Below the pieces are notes generated by a model, which worked only from the letters and a program-made list of their open reading frames with translations, made no database searches and was not told the DNA's origin. Below, piece after piece: positions 1 to 8,339 of a stretch of 64,000 nucleotides of DNA. How positions within the stretch are numbered: position 1 is the first letter of the stretch; every line of letters starts with the position of its first letter. The position numbers and the translations under genes are program-made. The stretch is taken from positions 2,368,001 to 2,432,000 of the forward strand of contig OY759353.1 of assembly GCA_963662315.1 (NCBI GenBank), read 5' to 3'. The DNA comes from Geopsychrobacteraceae bacterium. GTDB lineage: Bacteria > Desulfobacterota > Desulfuromonadia > Desulfuromonadales > Geopsychrobacteraceae.

Positions 1-1208
1 ATAATGACATCTCCGTCAGCAAGCGTCCTGTCGCTACCAGGAACCTTTACCCTATTGACACGCCGTTGTTCTTCACCCAAGGCCAATGTCTGCACGGCAT
101 TGGTCAGGTCAACCCGCTGTTCAGGGCGACCGGGCCCGGCCACGGAGCGGGTCACCGAAGCCAGGTCGAAAGTGACCACCTGATCATAGGAAATACTATG
201 GGCAGTTCCTGTAAACCAGAGCTGTTGCGCTTTCATATACTGTTCAACAACAGCAACCTGCCGCGCCGGGCGGCCAGTGCTGCGTAAAAATTTGAGAGTA
301 TTGTCATCAACCGGACAGTAAACACAGGTCGCTCCATATTCCGGTGCCATATTGGCAATGGTCGCCCGATCTTCTACCGACAGGTTGGTATAACCCGGGC
401 CAAACAGCTCGACAAAACAATCGACCACCCCAAGCGCCCTTAACTTTTCGGTCATGGTCAGAGCAATATCGGTCGCCGTAATACGCGGGTCCGGGCGCCC
501 GGTCATTTCAACACCGATCACCTGCGGAACATTGATAATGGCAGCCTCACCAAACATAATCGCTTCCGCCTCCAAACCGCCGATTCCCCAACCGAGAACT
601 CCCAGACCATTGATCATGGTCGTGTGGCTGTCGGTACCAAAGCAGCTGTCCGGAGCCAGCAATGAACCTTCGGACGCGGGCAAGCGACCAACGCAGTCGG
701 CCAGGTATTCGAGATTGACCTGGTGAATAATCCCGCCACTCGGAGGAATGATGGTCAGGTTGTCAAAACGCAACTCACACGCCTTCATAAAGGCAAAGCG
801 CTCGCGGTTCACGGCACATTCTCGTGCTTCATTTTTACTGAAGGCATCTGTTTCTGCCCAGTAATTGATGGTCGCGGCGTGATCAATCATCAACGCCACC
901 GGCAGCGACATATCAATCCGGGACACATCACCACCGGCGTTCGCCACCGCGGACCGCAGCGCCATAATATCAACCAGTAGCGGCAGCCCGAGCATATCCT
1001 GCAGAACCAGGCGTAACGGACGAAACGGCACCGCCCCACCAGACCGATCAATAACCGCCTGCAGTCCAAGCCCGGAGGCATCCTGCCGCACTACGTTTTC
1101 GGCCACAACCCGTAAGCTGTACGGAAGTTTCTCCAGCCTTTTCCCACACAAGCGGGGGAGATCAATCATCTGATAATTCTGGGTACCAATCGACAAAGTT
1201 GTTTTCAT
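1..1208 (-). CDS. AcnA/AcnD-family aconitate hydratase-like protein, divergent; 3' part runs off the window start
   Basis: Not in the ORF track (no stop within the window). Manual translation from ATG 1208 gives MKTTLSIG...KLPYSLRVVAEN...RLVLQDMLGLP...MIDHA...GGIIHQVNLEYLA...GTDSHTTMINGLGVLGWGIGGLEAEA...DRATIANMAPEYGAT, which are AcnA-family motifs. Confidence 0.9.
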   Translation of the reverse strand, partial: MKTTLSIGTQNYQMIDLPRLCGKRLEKLPYSLRVVAENVVRQDASGLGLQAVIDRSGGAVPFRPLRLVLQDMLGLPLLVDIMALRSAVANAGGDVSRIDMSLPVALMIDHAATINYWAETDAFSKNEARECAVNRERFAFMKACELRFDNLTIIPPSGGIIHQVNLEYLADCVGRLPASEGSLLAPDSCFGTDSHTTMINGLGVLGWGIGGLEAEAIMFGEAAIINVPQVIGVEMTGRPDPRITATDIALTMTEKLRALGVVDCFVELFGPGYTNLSVEDRATIANMAPEYGATCVYCPVDDNTLKFLRSTGRPARQVAVVEQYMKAQQLWFTGTAHSISYDQVVTFDLASVTRSVAGPGRPEQRVDLTNAVQTLALGEEQRRVNRVKVPGSDRTLADGDVI

Positions 1209-1239
1209 CTTTAGCAGCTTTCAGTTATAAATCAATCTA

Positions 1240-1267
1240 GTGGTTTTTTGTTACAACAAATTACCAC
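1240..1267. promoter_or_regulatory. Candidate GntR/FadR operator palindrome
   Basis: GTGGT-tt-TTTGTT-ac-AACAAA-tt-ACCAC between the divergent aconitase-like gene and the gntR gene. Confidence 0.55.
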
Positions 1268-1369
1268 CAACCCGGAAAGCTGACAACCAGATTCTTTTCC
1301 CCAACATGCCTTCTTCGGCTATATTGGCAGCAAAAACGTTTTAGATATTGAACCCAGGGAGAACACCAG

Positions 1370-2287
1370 GTGACAATAACCCCGCTCGTTAAACAGGTTG
1401 CTGCCCAAATCGTTGATTACATCAACGCTCTAGACAATCCGGCCGGGACCTTCCTCTCCGAACGTCAACTGGCAGCCAAACTGCTGGTTTCGCGCGGACC
1501 GGTGCGTAAAGCATTACAGCTTCTCTACCGGCAAGGGGTCATCGCAACCGCACCCCAGGGTGGATTTATTGCCAAACAGGGGATTACAGAAAAAATCGAT
1601 TCGACAAGCGAAATCAATCAATCTGCAGCCGAACAGCTATACCAGCAGATTGCCGCTGATCGACTGGCAGGCAAACTTAACGGTCGTATCAGTGAAAATG
1701 AACTGCTCAGACGCTATCAGATTTCACGCCCGTTGCTGGCCCGGGTTCTGCAGCGGATTGAATTTGACGGCTGGATCGAGGCGCTTCCCGGTCATGGCTG
1801 GCATTTCCCTGACATGCAAACCAGCATCAAAGATTATCTCGATGGCTACCGGTTCCGGGCGGTTATTGAACCTGCAGCGATTCTGGATCCAGCTTTTGAA
1901 GTTGATCGGGAAGCGTTACTAAAGTGCCGCACCGAACACGAACAGCTTCTGGCCAATGGTATAGAAAACGTGACTTCGCGGGAAATTTTTGAGATCAACA
2001 AACGCCTGCACGAAACAATTATCAGTGGCAGCCACAACAGTTTCTTCATCAGCAGCTTGAAACGGGTCAACGGCCTGCGCCGCTTGCTGGAGTACAACCA
2101 GAAAAGCGACCATCAGGCGGCCCTCAGGGCAACGCAAGAACACCTGGAGATTATCAATCTGCTTCTGGCTGATCGTCGTGACGAAGCAGCGCAAGCACTC
2201 AGCAGGCACCTTAACAGCATCAGTGAACGACGCAGCCAACTACACCAATCAGAGCATTCGGAAACAGGGATTAAACCTAAAACTTGA
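1370..2287 (+). CDS. GntR-family regulator with two wHTH-like segments and an FCD domain
   Basis: LSERQLAAKLLVSRGPVRKAL and a second ISENELLRRYQISRPLLARVL, followed by an FCD-like C-terminus (LHETII...EHLEII). Confidence 0.85.
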   Translation: MTITPLVKQVAAQIVDYINALDNPAGTFLSERQLAAKLLVSRGPVRKALQLLYRQGVIATAPQGGFIAKQGITEKIDSTSEINQSAAEQLYQQIAADRLAGKLNGRISENELLRRYQISRPLLARVLQRIEFDGWIEALPGHGWHFPDMQTSIKDYLDGYRFRAVIEPAAILDPAFEVDREALLKCRTEHEQLLANGIENVTSREIFEINKRLHETIISGSHNSFFISSLKRVNGLRRLLEYNQKSDHQAALRATQEHLEIINLLLADRRDEAAQALSRHLNSISERRSQLHQSEHSETGIKPKT

Positions 2288-2370
2288 GATAAGGCATACT
2301 GGAGCTACCAGCCAGCGGCTCAGGCCTCAGTAACCACCTGGGGGCTCAAATGCTTGTCAGCACAAAAGGA

Positions 2371-2402
2371 CCGTCGGTTGCAGACTCCGCTGCAACCGAC
2401 GG
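2371..2402. terminator. Hairpin between convergent gntR and amtB
   Basis: CCGTCGGTTGCAG-actccg-CTGCAACCGACGG, perfect 13-bp stem. Confidence 0.65.
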
Positions 2403-2435
2403 CTTAGACAGGTCATGAATATGCGCTGGGAAGGA

Positions 2436-3701
2436 TCAGAAATTGTAACCGGTTTCCGAGTGAGCGGATTGATCAAGACCCATGCGCTCGTCATCCTTTT
2501 CCACCCTTAGTCCCAGCGTTGCTTTAAGGATCACCATCAGCACGACGGTTACGATCACGGCATAGGCGCCAGCGGCGACCAAGCCCATCAATTGAACCCA
2601 AAGCTGATGAACATTGCCACCGATCAAACCGGTCGCGCCGACGCTGGCAAAGACACCGGTCACCAGAGCGCCCCAGGCACCACCGATGCCATGCACCCCA
2701 AAAGCGTCAAGAGAATCGTCGTAACCGAAGCGATGTTTCATCATCACACCACAGTAACAGACCACACCGGCCGTCAGCCCCATCAGCAACGCCCAACCGG
2801 GGGTTACAAAACCTGCGGCGGGGGTGATGACCACCAAACCAGCAACTATGCCCGAGGCGGCCCCCAGAGCACTCGGCTTACCGGCATGGTACCACTCAAT
2901 CATGATCCAGGCCAGGGCGCCAGCGGCAGCGGCTGTCTGCGTGGTAGTGAAAGCCAGCGCCGCGCTGCTGCCGGAAGAAAGGGCGCTGCCTGCATTAAAG
3001 CCGAACCAGCCAAACCAGAGCAGCCCGGCCCCCAACAGGGTCATCGGCAGGTTGTGTGGCGGCATCCGCTCATGCGGGTAACCGAGACGCTTGCCGAGGA
3101 AGATGGCAATAACAAGCGCGCTGATTCCCGATGAGAGGTGAACAACCGTGCCGCCGGCAAAATCGAGAGCGCCCGCTGCAGCCAGCCAGCCGCCACTCCC
3201 CCAGACCCAGTGACAGAGAGGATCATAAACCAGGGTACTCCAAAGCAGGATAAATACACAGTACGTGGAGAATTTCATTCGCTCGGCCACGGCTCCAGAA
3301 ATCAGGGCCGGAGTGATAATCGCGAACATACCCTGGAACATAACAAAAACATACGTTGGAATAGTTCCGCTCAGGCTATCGGGGGTAATCCCGGCCAGGA
3401 ACAGATGATCAAGGTTACCAAGCAGCAACCCAGAGCCGCCAAAGGCAAGACTGTAGCCGATCACGACCCACTGTACACCGACAATCGCCATGGCCGTAAA
3501 GGTGTGCATACTGGTGGAAAGAATATTTTTGGAACGGACCATGCCGCCGTAAAACAGGGCCAGGCCAGGAAGCATAACCAGAACCAGGGCCGATGAAATC
3601 AGCATCCAGGCAGTATCTCCACTATTGAGCTGATCAGCGGCAAAAGCGGGCGCAGCAGACAACAGCAGCCCTGTCAAATACACAATTTTCCTGATCATCA
3701 T
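2436..3701 (-). CDS. amtB: Ammonium transporter
   Basis: Motifs GDTAWMLIS, FQGMFAIITPALISG, DFAGGTVVH, WFGWFGFNAGS, DDSLDAFGVHG. Confidence 0.97.
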   Translation of the reverse strand: MMIRKIVYLTGLLLSAAPAFAADQLNSGDTAWMLISSALVLVMLPGLALFYGGMVRSKNILSTSMHTFTAMAIVGVQWVVIGYSLAFGGSGLLLGNLDHLFLAGITPDSLSGTIPTYVFVMFQGMFAIITPALISGAVAERMKFSTYCVFILLWSTLVYDPLCHWVWGSGGWLAAAGALDFAGGTVVHLSSGISALVIAIFLGKRLGYPHERMPPHNLPMTLLGAGLLWFGWFGFNAGSALSSGSSAALAFTTTQTAAAAGALAWIMIEWYHAGKPSALGAASGIVAGLVVITPAAGFVTPGWALLMGLTAGVVCYCGVMMKHRFGYDDSLDAFGVHGIGGAWGALVTGVFASVGATGLIGGNVHQLWVQLMGLVAAGAYAVIVTVVLMVILKATLGLRVEKDDERMGLDQSAHSETGYNF

Positions 3702-3784
3702 TGATCTCCTTTTATCTTCGATTGATAGCTACTTATGTTATTTCCATGCTTGGAAAAATACATGGTTATCCGGCGGTACGTGTA

Positions 3785-3800
3785 AGCAGACTATGTGCCA
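3785..3800 (-). promoter_or_regulatory. Sigma54 (-24/-12) promoter of amtB
   Basis: Minus strand reads TGGCACATAGTCTGCT (GG-N10-GC), ~85 bp upstream of amtB. Confidence 0.75.
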
Positions 3801-4205
3801 AAACAGTAACACTCGGTTTTTCAAGACCATCTCAAAAGACGCCGAGGCAACATGCCTATATTTTAACCACAGGATGATCAAAAACTGATCGCTTTTAAAA
3901 TAAAAAATAAGCAACCCTTCCCGCGGCAGGATATTCCGCAAACTCATACAGGTCGCTTTCCCCATAAAAAAACACCTTCCCCGAGCATCCCAGCTTGGCC
4001 AGATTCAGTTTTTCCGACCTAAATCTTAGGGGGCTAACTTGTATTCAGCCGCAGACTCCATTAATCTTTTAAACAAAAGCCTTTCACCACAAGCGCAAAG
4101 CCGCGTCATTTGACTGCGGTTTTTTATATTTTCGGTTTTTCGTGACAGCCTCAAGCAATCACCCGCCGTCAACTGGCGTTAAACCGAACGACCAAGGATC
4201 ACTCG

Positions 4206-6071
4206 ATGACACACAATCTACCCCTTATCATTGCCCTGGTTCTGATGGCGAGTATCGCCTGCCAATGGTTGGCCTGGCGCGTCAGGCTGCCAGCAATTAT
4301 CTTTCTTCTTCTCACCGGAATTCTGAGCGGACCGGTATTCGGTCTGTTCAATCCGGAAGAGCTTCTGGGGGAACTTTTTTTCCCTTTTGTCTCCATGTCG
4401 GTCGCCATCATCCTGTTTGAAGGGAGCCTGACCCTGAACTTCCGTGAAATCAGTGGCCTTCAGGGAGTCGTACGCAACATGGTCTCCATCGGCATGCTGG
4501 TCACCTGGGTGATTACCGCCGTTGCGTCCCATTACGCTATCGGCCTATCCTGGCCAATCGCCCTGGTCTTTGGTGCCATTACCGTGGTCAGCGGGCCGAC
4601 TGTTATCGCTCCCCTGATGCGGACCGTCAGGCCAACCCCGGCAGTCGCCAATATTCTGCGCTGGGAAGGGATTGTCATTGATCCGATTGGTGCTTCACTG
4701 GCCGTTTTGATCTATGAATTCATTATTTCCGGTGGCGGCCAGAATGGCATCGGCCACACCCTACTCACGATCGGAAAATTACTGCTCGTCGGTGCGGCCA
4801 TTGGCTGCAGTGGAGGGTTGTTTTTCGGACATATCATTAAACGCCATTGGCTGCCTGAGTTCCTGCATAATGTTGCAGCTCTGACCCTGGTCATAGCCAG
4901 TTTCAACATTTCAAATGCTCTTCAACCGGAATCTGGCCTTGTGACAGTTACAGTCATGGGAATCTGGCTCGCCAATATGCGCGATGTTGACATGGAGGAG
5001 ATCCTCAATTTCAAGGAAAGTATCAGCGTCCTGCTTATCTCGCTGCTCTTCATTATGTTGGCGGCACGCCTTGATATGGGCGCCCTGCTTGCCCTTGGCT
5101 GGCGCACCGTTTTTCTTTTTATTGCGGTTCAGTTCCTGGCTCGACCACTCAATATCATGGTATCTGCTGCCGGCTCCAAATTGAGTTGGCCAGAGCGCAA
5201 TCTCCTGGCCTGGATTGCACCACGCGGCATTGTTGCCGCAGCCATCTCCGCCCTGTTTGCAGTGCAACTGGAAAAAGCCGGATACAGCGATGCGGCACTG
5301 CTGGTGCCACTGACGTTCTTCGTTATAATTGCAACGGTTGTTGTCCAAAGCATTACCGCCCGTCCACTAGCCAAACTGCTGGGAGTCGCCGAACCGGACC
5401 CCAAGGGATTCCTGATTATTGGCGCCAATTTAATCAGCCGTGAACTCGGCAAGGCGTTCATGCAGAATGGTATTCAAATCATGCTGACAGACACCAACTG
5501 GGACAATGTCTCTAAAGCCAAAAAAGACGGCCTGCCAGCGTATTTTGGCAATCCATTGTCCGACCATGCTGAGCGGCACATGAGCATGTCCGGCATTGGC
5601 CGGGTCCTGGCTCTGGCCCCCCATGCAAACATCAATGTTTCTGCCATGATGCACTTCCGCGCTTTTTTTGACCGTCAACATCTCTTCCTGCTGCAGACCA
5701 AACCGCAGGAACTTATCCCGGAACGCTCGAAATTACCAAGCAACCAAGGTCGCATTCTGTTTGGCCACCAGGTCACTTTTTCCTCCATGTATGAAACCCT
5801 GTCGCAGGGAGGGAAAATCCACGCCACCAAGTTGACGGAACAGTTTAACTTTCAAGCTTTTATGAAAAAGCATGGTGCCATGGCGACCCCACTGTTCAGT
5901 ATTGATGACAATAAAAATGTTCAGGTGTTCTGCGATAATGATGCACCATCGCTTAGCAAAGGAAAGCACACCCTCATCTACTTGCTTAACGCCCAGGCCG
6001 AGGAGATTAAAGAGGAACAGGTTATGCTCGAGCAAACCCTGAAAACCAAACCGGTTAGTAACAACATATAA
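4206..6071 (+). CDS. CPA1-family cation:proton antiporter with a C-terminal TrkA-N/RCK-like domain
   Basis: Motifs AIILFEGSL, SGPTVIAP, WEGIVIDPIG, APRGIVAA; soluble C-terminal domain starting at LIIGAN. Confidence 0.9.
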   Translation: MTHNLPLIIALVLMASIACQWLAWRVRLPAIIFLLLTGILSGPVFGLFNPEELLGELFFPFVSMSVAIILFEGSLTLNFREISGLQGVVRNMVSIGMLVTWVITAVASHYAIGLSWPIALVFGAITVVSGPTVIAPLMRTVRPTPAVANILRWEGIVIDPIGASLAVLIYEFIISGGGQNGIGHTLLTIGKLLLVGAAIGCSGGLFFGHIIKRHWLPEFLHNVAALTLVIASFNISNALQPESGLVTVTVMGIWLANMRDVDMEEILNFKESISVLLISLLFIMLAARLDMGALLALGWRTVFLFIAVQFLARPLNIMVSAAGSKLSWPERNLLAWIAPRGIVAAAISALFAVQLEKAGYSDAALLVPLTFFVIIATVVVQSITARPLAKLLGVAEPDPKGFLIIGANLISRELGKAFMQNGIQIMLTDTNWDNVSKAKKDGLPAYFGNPLSDHAERHMSMSGIGRVLALAPHANINVSAMMHFRAFFDRQHLFLLQTKPQELIPERSKLPSNQGRILFGHQVTFSSMYETLSQGGKIHATKLTEQFNFQAFMKKHGAMATPLFSIDDNKNVQVFCDNDAPSLSKGKHTLIYLLNAQAEEIKEEQVMLEQTLKTKPVSNNI

Positions 6072-6479
6072 TCGCTCCCAACTCACCACTAGCGGCAGAA
6101 GCTTTTAAAAAGTCACTTTCAGCCTCCGGGTGAATAATGTCACGCTCGTCCCTTCCACTCAGGCGCGGTATTATCTGTTTAACACGAAGTCGGACTATGC
6201 CACCCTGGAAGATTCCATTTACCGACGATAACCCGATGCCCAAGCAACTCCACAGCCTTCGCGCTCACTCAAAAACAAACAATAACGATATTCTATGTTT
6301 TAATGTTTAGACAAAAATAAAACACAACAAATGCTTGTACAGTTACACAAACAGCGTTATGCTTTAAATGTTATTTTTTATTTTATTTCTATGTTTCTGG
6401 TTTTTCCATGTGGTCCTTTACGACCCATATTGCTGAAAGCCGTGTCTTTCAGCCTGCCATTCATACCAGGAGAGAACTT

Positions 6480-7121
6480 ATGAAAATTTCATGCTTACTG
6501 TTTGATCGTATGACAACCCTTGACGCCATTGGCCCAACGACCATCCTGGCCAGAATGCCTGGTGCCGAAATATCTTTTGTCGGCTTGGAGAAAGGGGAAA
6601 TTCGTTCCGTGCAAAGCAAACTGGGAATGATTGCCGACTATGACCTTGCCAATGCGCCCAGTAGCGACATCATTATCATTCCCGGCGGCCCTGGCGTCAG
6701 GGACTTACTGGGTAATCAAAAAGTTCTAAACTGGCTGCGCAGTGAATATCGCTCAGCAAAATGGATCGTATCAGTCTGTACCGGTTCTTTGCTGCTCGGG
6801 GCCGCAGGACTGCTACAAGGACGTAAAGCAACAACCCACTGGACCGCATTTGACGAATTGCGCAACTTTGGCGCCAAGCCCGTAGCAGAACGCATGGTCA
6901 TTGATGGTCGGCTCGCCATGGGAGCGGGTGTTTCAGCAGGAATTGATCTCGCCCTGGCCCTGGTATCACTGATTACCGATGAAGACACAGCCCGAGCTAT
7001 TCAACTGAAAATCGAATACGATCCCCAGCCTCCCTTCAGCGGCGGTACGCCACAGAAAGAAAGTGCTGACATCATCGACCTGGTGCGCACCTTTCAACCA
7101 CCAATGGCCAAAGCACAATAG
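6480..7121 (+). CDS. DJ-1/PfpI-family protein (isonitrile hydratase-like)
   Basis: Motifs TTLDAIGP, IIPGG, SVCTGSLLLGAAGLL, ATTHW, AGVSAGID, EYDPQPPF. Start set at ATG 6480, after an AGGAG RBS. Confidence 0.9.
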   Translation: MKISCLLFDRMTTLDAIGPTTILARMPGAEISFVGLEKGEIRSVQSKLGMIADYDLANAPSSDIIIIPGGPGVRDLLGNQKVLNWLRSEYRSAKWIVSVCTGSLLLGAAGLLQGRKATTHWTAFDELRNFGAKPVAERMVIDGRLAMGAGVSAGIDLALALVSLITDEDTARAIQLKIEYDPQPPFSGGTPQKESADIIDLVRTFQPPMAKAQ

Positions 7122-7183
7122 ATTAGCCAGACGGCATTTTGCGGTAGCAAAGTGCCGTCTGGCCCATCATTACAGACACAACT

Positions 7184-7227
7184 CAATACAAAAGGCAGCC
7201 CAACCTAACGGGCTGCCTTTTGTATTG
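7184..7227. terminator. Intrinsic terminator after the DJ-1 gene
   Basis: 18-bp perfect inverted repeat CAATACAAAAGGCAGCCC / GGGCTGCCTTTTGTATTG. Confidence 0.8.
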
Positions 7228-7355
7228 CAATCAGGATTGCTTCACGTTCTGCATTCGGACACGACCAATCAGCTTTCATCATGAGCAAATTGCTGCTATG
7301 CTCTGGCCCTGTTTAACAAGATTCAGCAGCAAACCTGCAGTAAAGAACATTGTTT

Positions 7356-8063
7356 ATGGAACTCCTCCTGATTACCGCCCTGTCATTTATCAGCGCACTG
7401 GTTACATCGATATTCGGCTTTGGAGCCGGCCTGGTACTAACACCCCTACTCAGCTTTATCATGCCGTTAAAAGAAGCACTTGGTATCGGCGCCTTTGTCT
7501 TTTTCTTCACTTCCGGATCCAAATTGATCTGGTACTTCAAAGACATCGACTGGAAGACCCATCGTTACGGTTTTGGTCTCGCCCTGGTCGGTCTAATTGC
7601 CGGATTCGGCCTAATCACCGCCATCAACGCATTCTGGCTTGAGAAAATCTATGCCACCATGTTGATCATATTCGGCATCAAAGCCCTGCTCAATAAAGAT
7701 ACCGAAAAAAGACAATTCCCCGCATTCACATATCCGATCTTAGGGGGTCTGTTTTCTGCACTGGTTCATGGCGGTGGGGTCTTCTTTCTCCGCTTATGCC
7801 AATTTTCCGGAATGGACCGCATACAAACCGTAGCCACCGTTGCTGCAATCAATTTCTCCATGTGCTGCTTCAAGGTTCTGTTCTTTGCCGGGGTTCAGCA
7901 CGTAGACCCAACCCGAATTATTACCTTATTCCCGGCTTACATTGCCGCCATTTTCGGTACCCGCATAGGGCGAAGCGTTTTAAAAAACTACGTAGACGAG
8001 CGCACATTCTCGCTCGGAATCGGAGTCTTGCTCTTACTACTTTCGCTTAAGTACATTGCTTGA
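7356..8063 (+). CDS. TauE/SafE (TSUP) family membrane transporter
   Basis: Hydrophobic protein with SIFGFGAGLVLTPLL and GLFSALVHGGG repeats typical of TSUP. Confidence 0.8.
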   Translation: MELLLITALSFISALVTSIFGFGAGLVLTPLLSFIMPLKEALGIGAFVFFFTSGSKLIWYFKDIDWKTHRYGFGLALVGLIAGFGLITAINAFWLEKIYATMLIIFGIKALLNKDTEKRQFPAFTYPILGGLFSALVHGGGVFFLRLCQFSGMDRIQTVATVAAINFSMCCFKVLFFAGVQHVDPTRIITLFPAYIAAIFGTRIGRSVLKNYVDERTFSLGIGVLLLLLSLKYIA

Positions 8064-8283
8064 CTGGACCCAAACCGGGCAGACATATTAGTGCTCCGCC
8101 AGAATTCTGTGAACAGCGAGTATTTGGAATTTAGCGTTGAAAGCAAACAGCCTGGACGGGACCATTCCAACCTGATTAAACTGGAATAGCGTTTTGATCA
8201 CCCCCACTTCGCCTGTGCACGCGAAGCTGATCCGAACGAAGATATTTTGAACTTATCGCAGTATTTTTTGCCTTAGCAGGCTC

Positions 8284-8317
8284 AAAAAAAAAGCGAGGGA
8301 GCCCAACGAGCTCCCTC
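8284..8317 (-). terminator. Intrinsic terminator of the flavocytochrome gene
   Basis: GAGGGAGC...GCTCCCTC stem followed by a U-tract on the minus strand. Confidence 0.7.
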
Positions 8318-8339
8318 ACACCAAAAAGTCTTTTTAAAC

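Noticed and set aside
66..1081. Short ORFs listed at the window start
   Set aside because: Shadows of the real minus-strand aconitase-like gene, which is missing from the track.
4080..4125. GCGCAAAGCC resembling a c-di-GMP/c-AMP-GMP (GEMM) riboswitch core
   Set aside because: No upstream GGCAAAC/GAAA tetraloop hairpin and no downstream P3 consensus.
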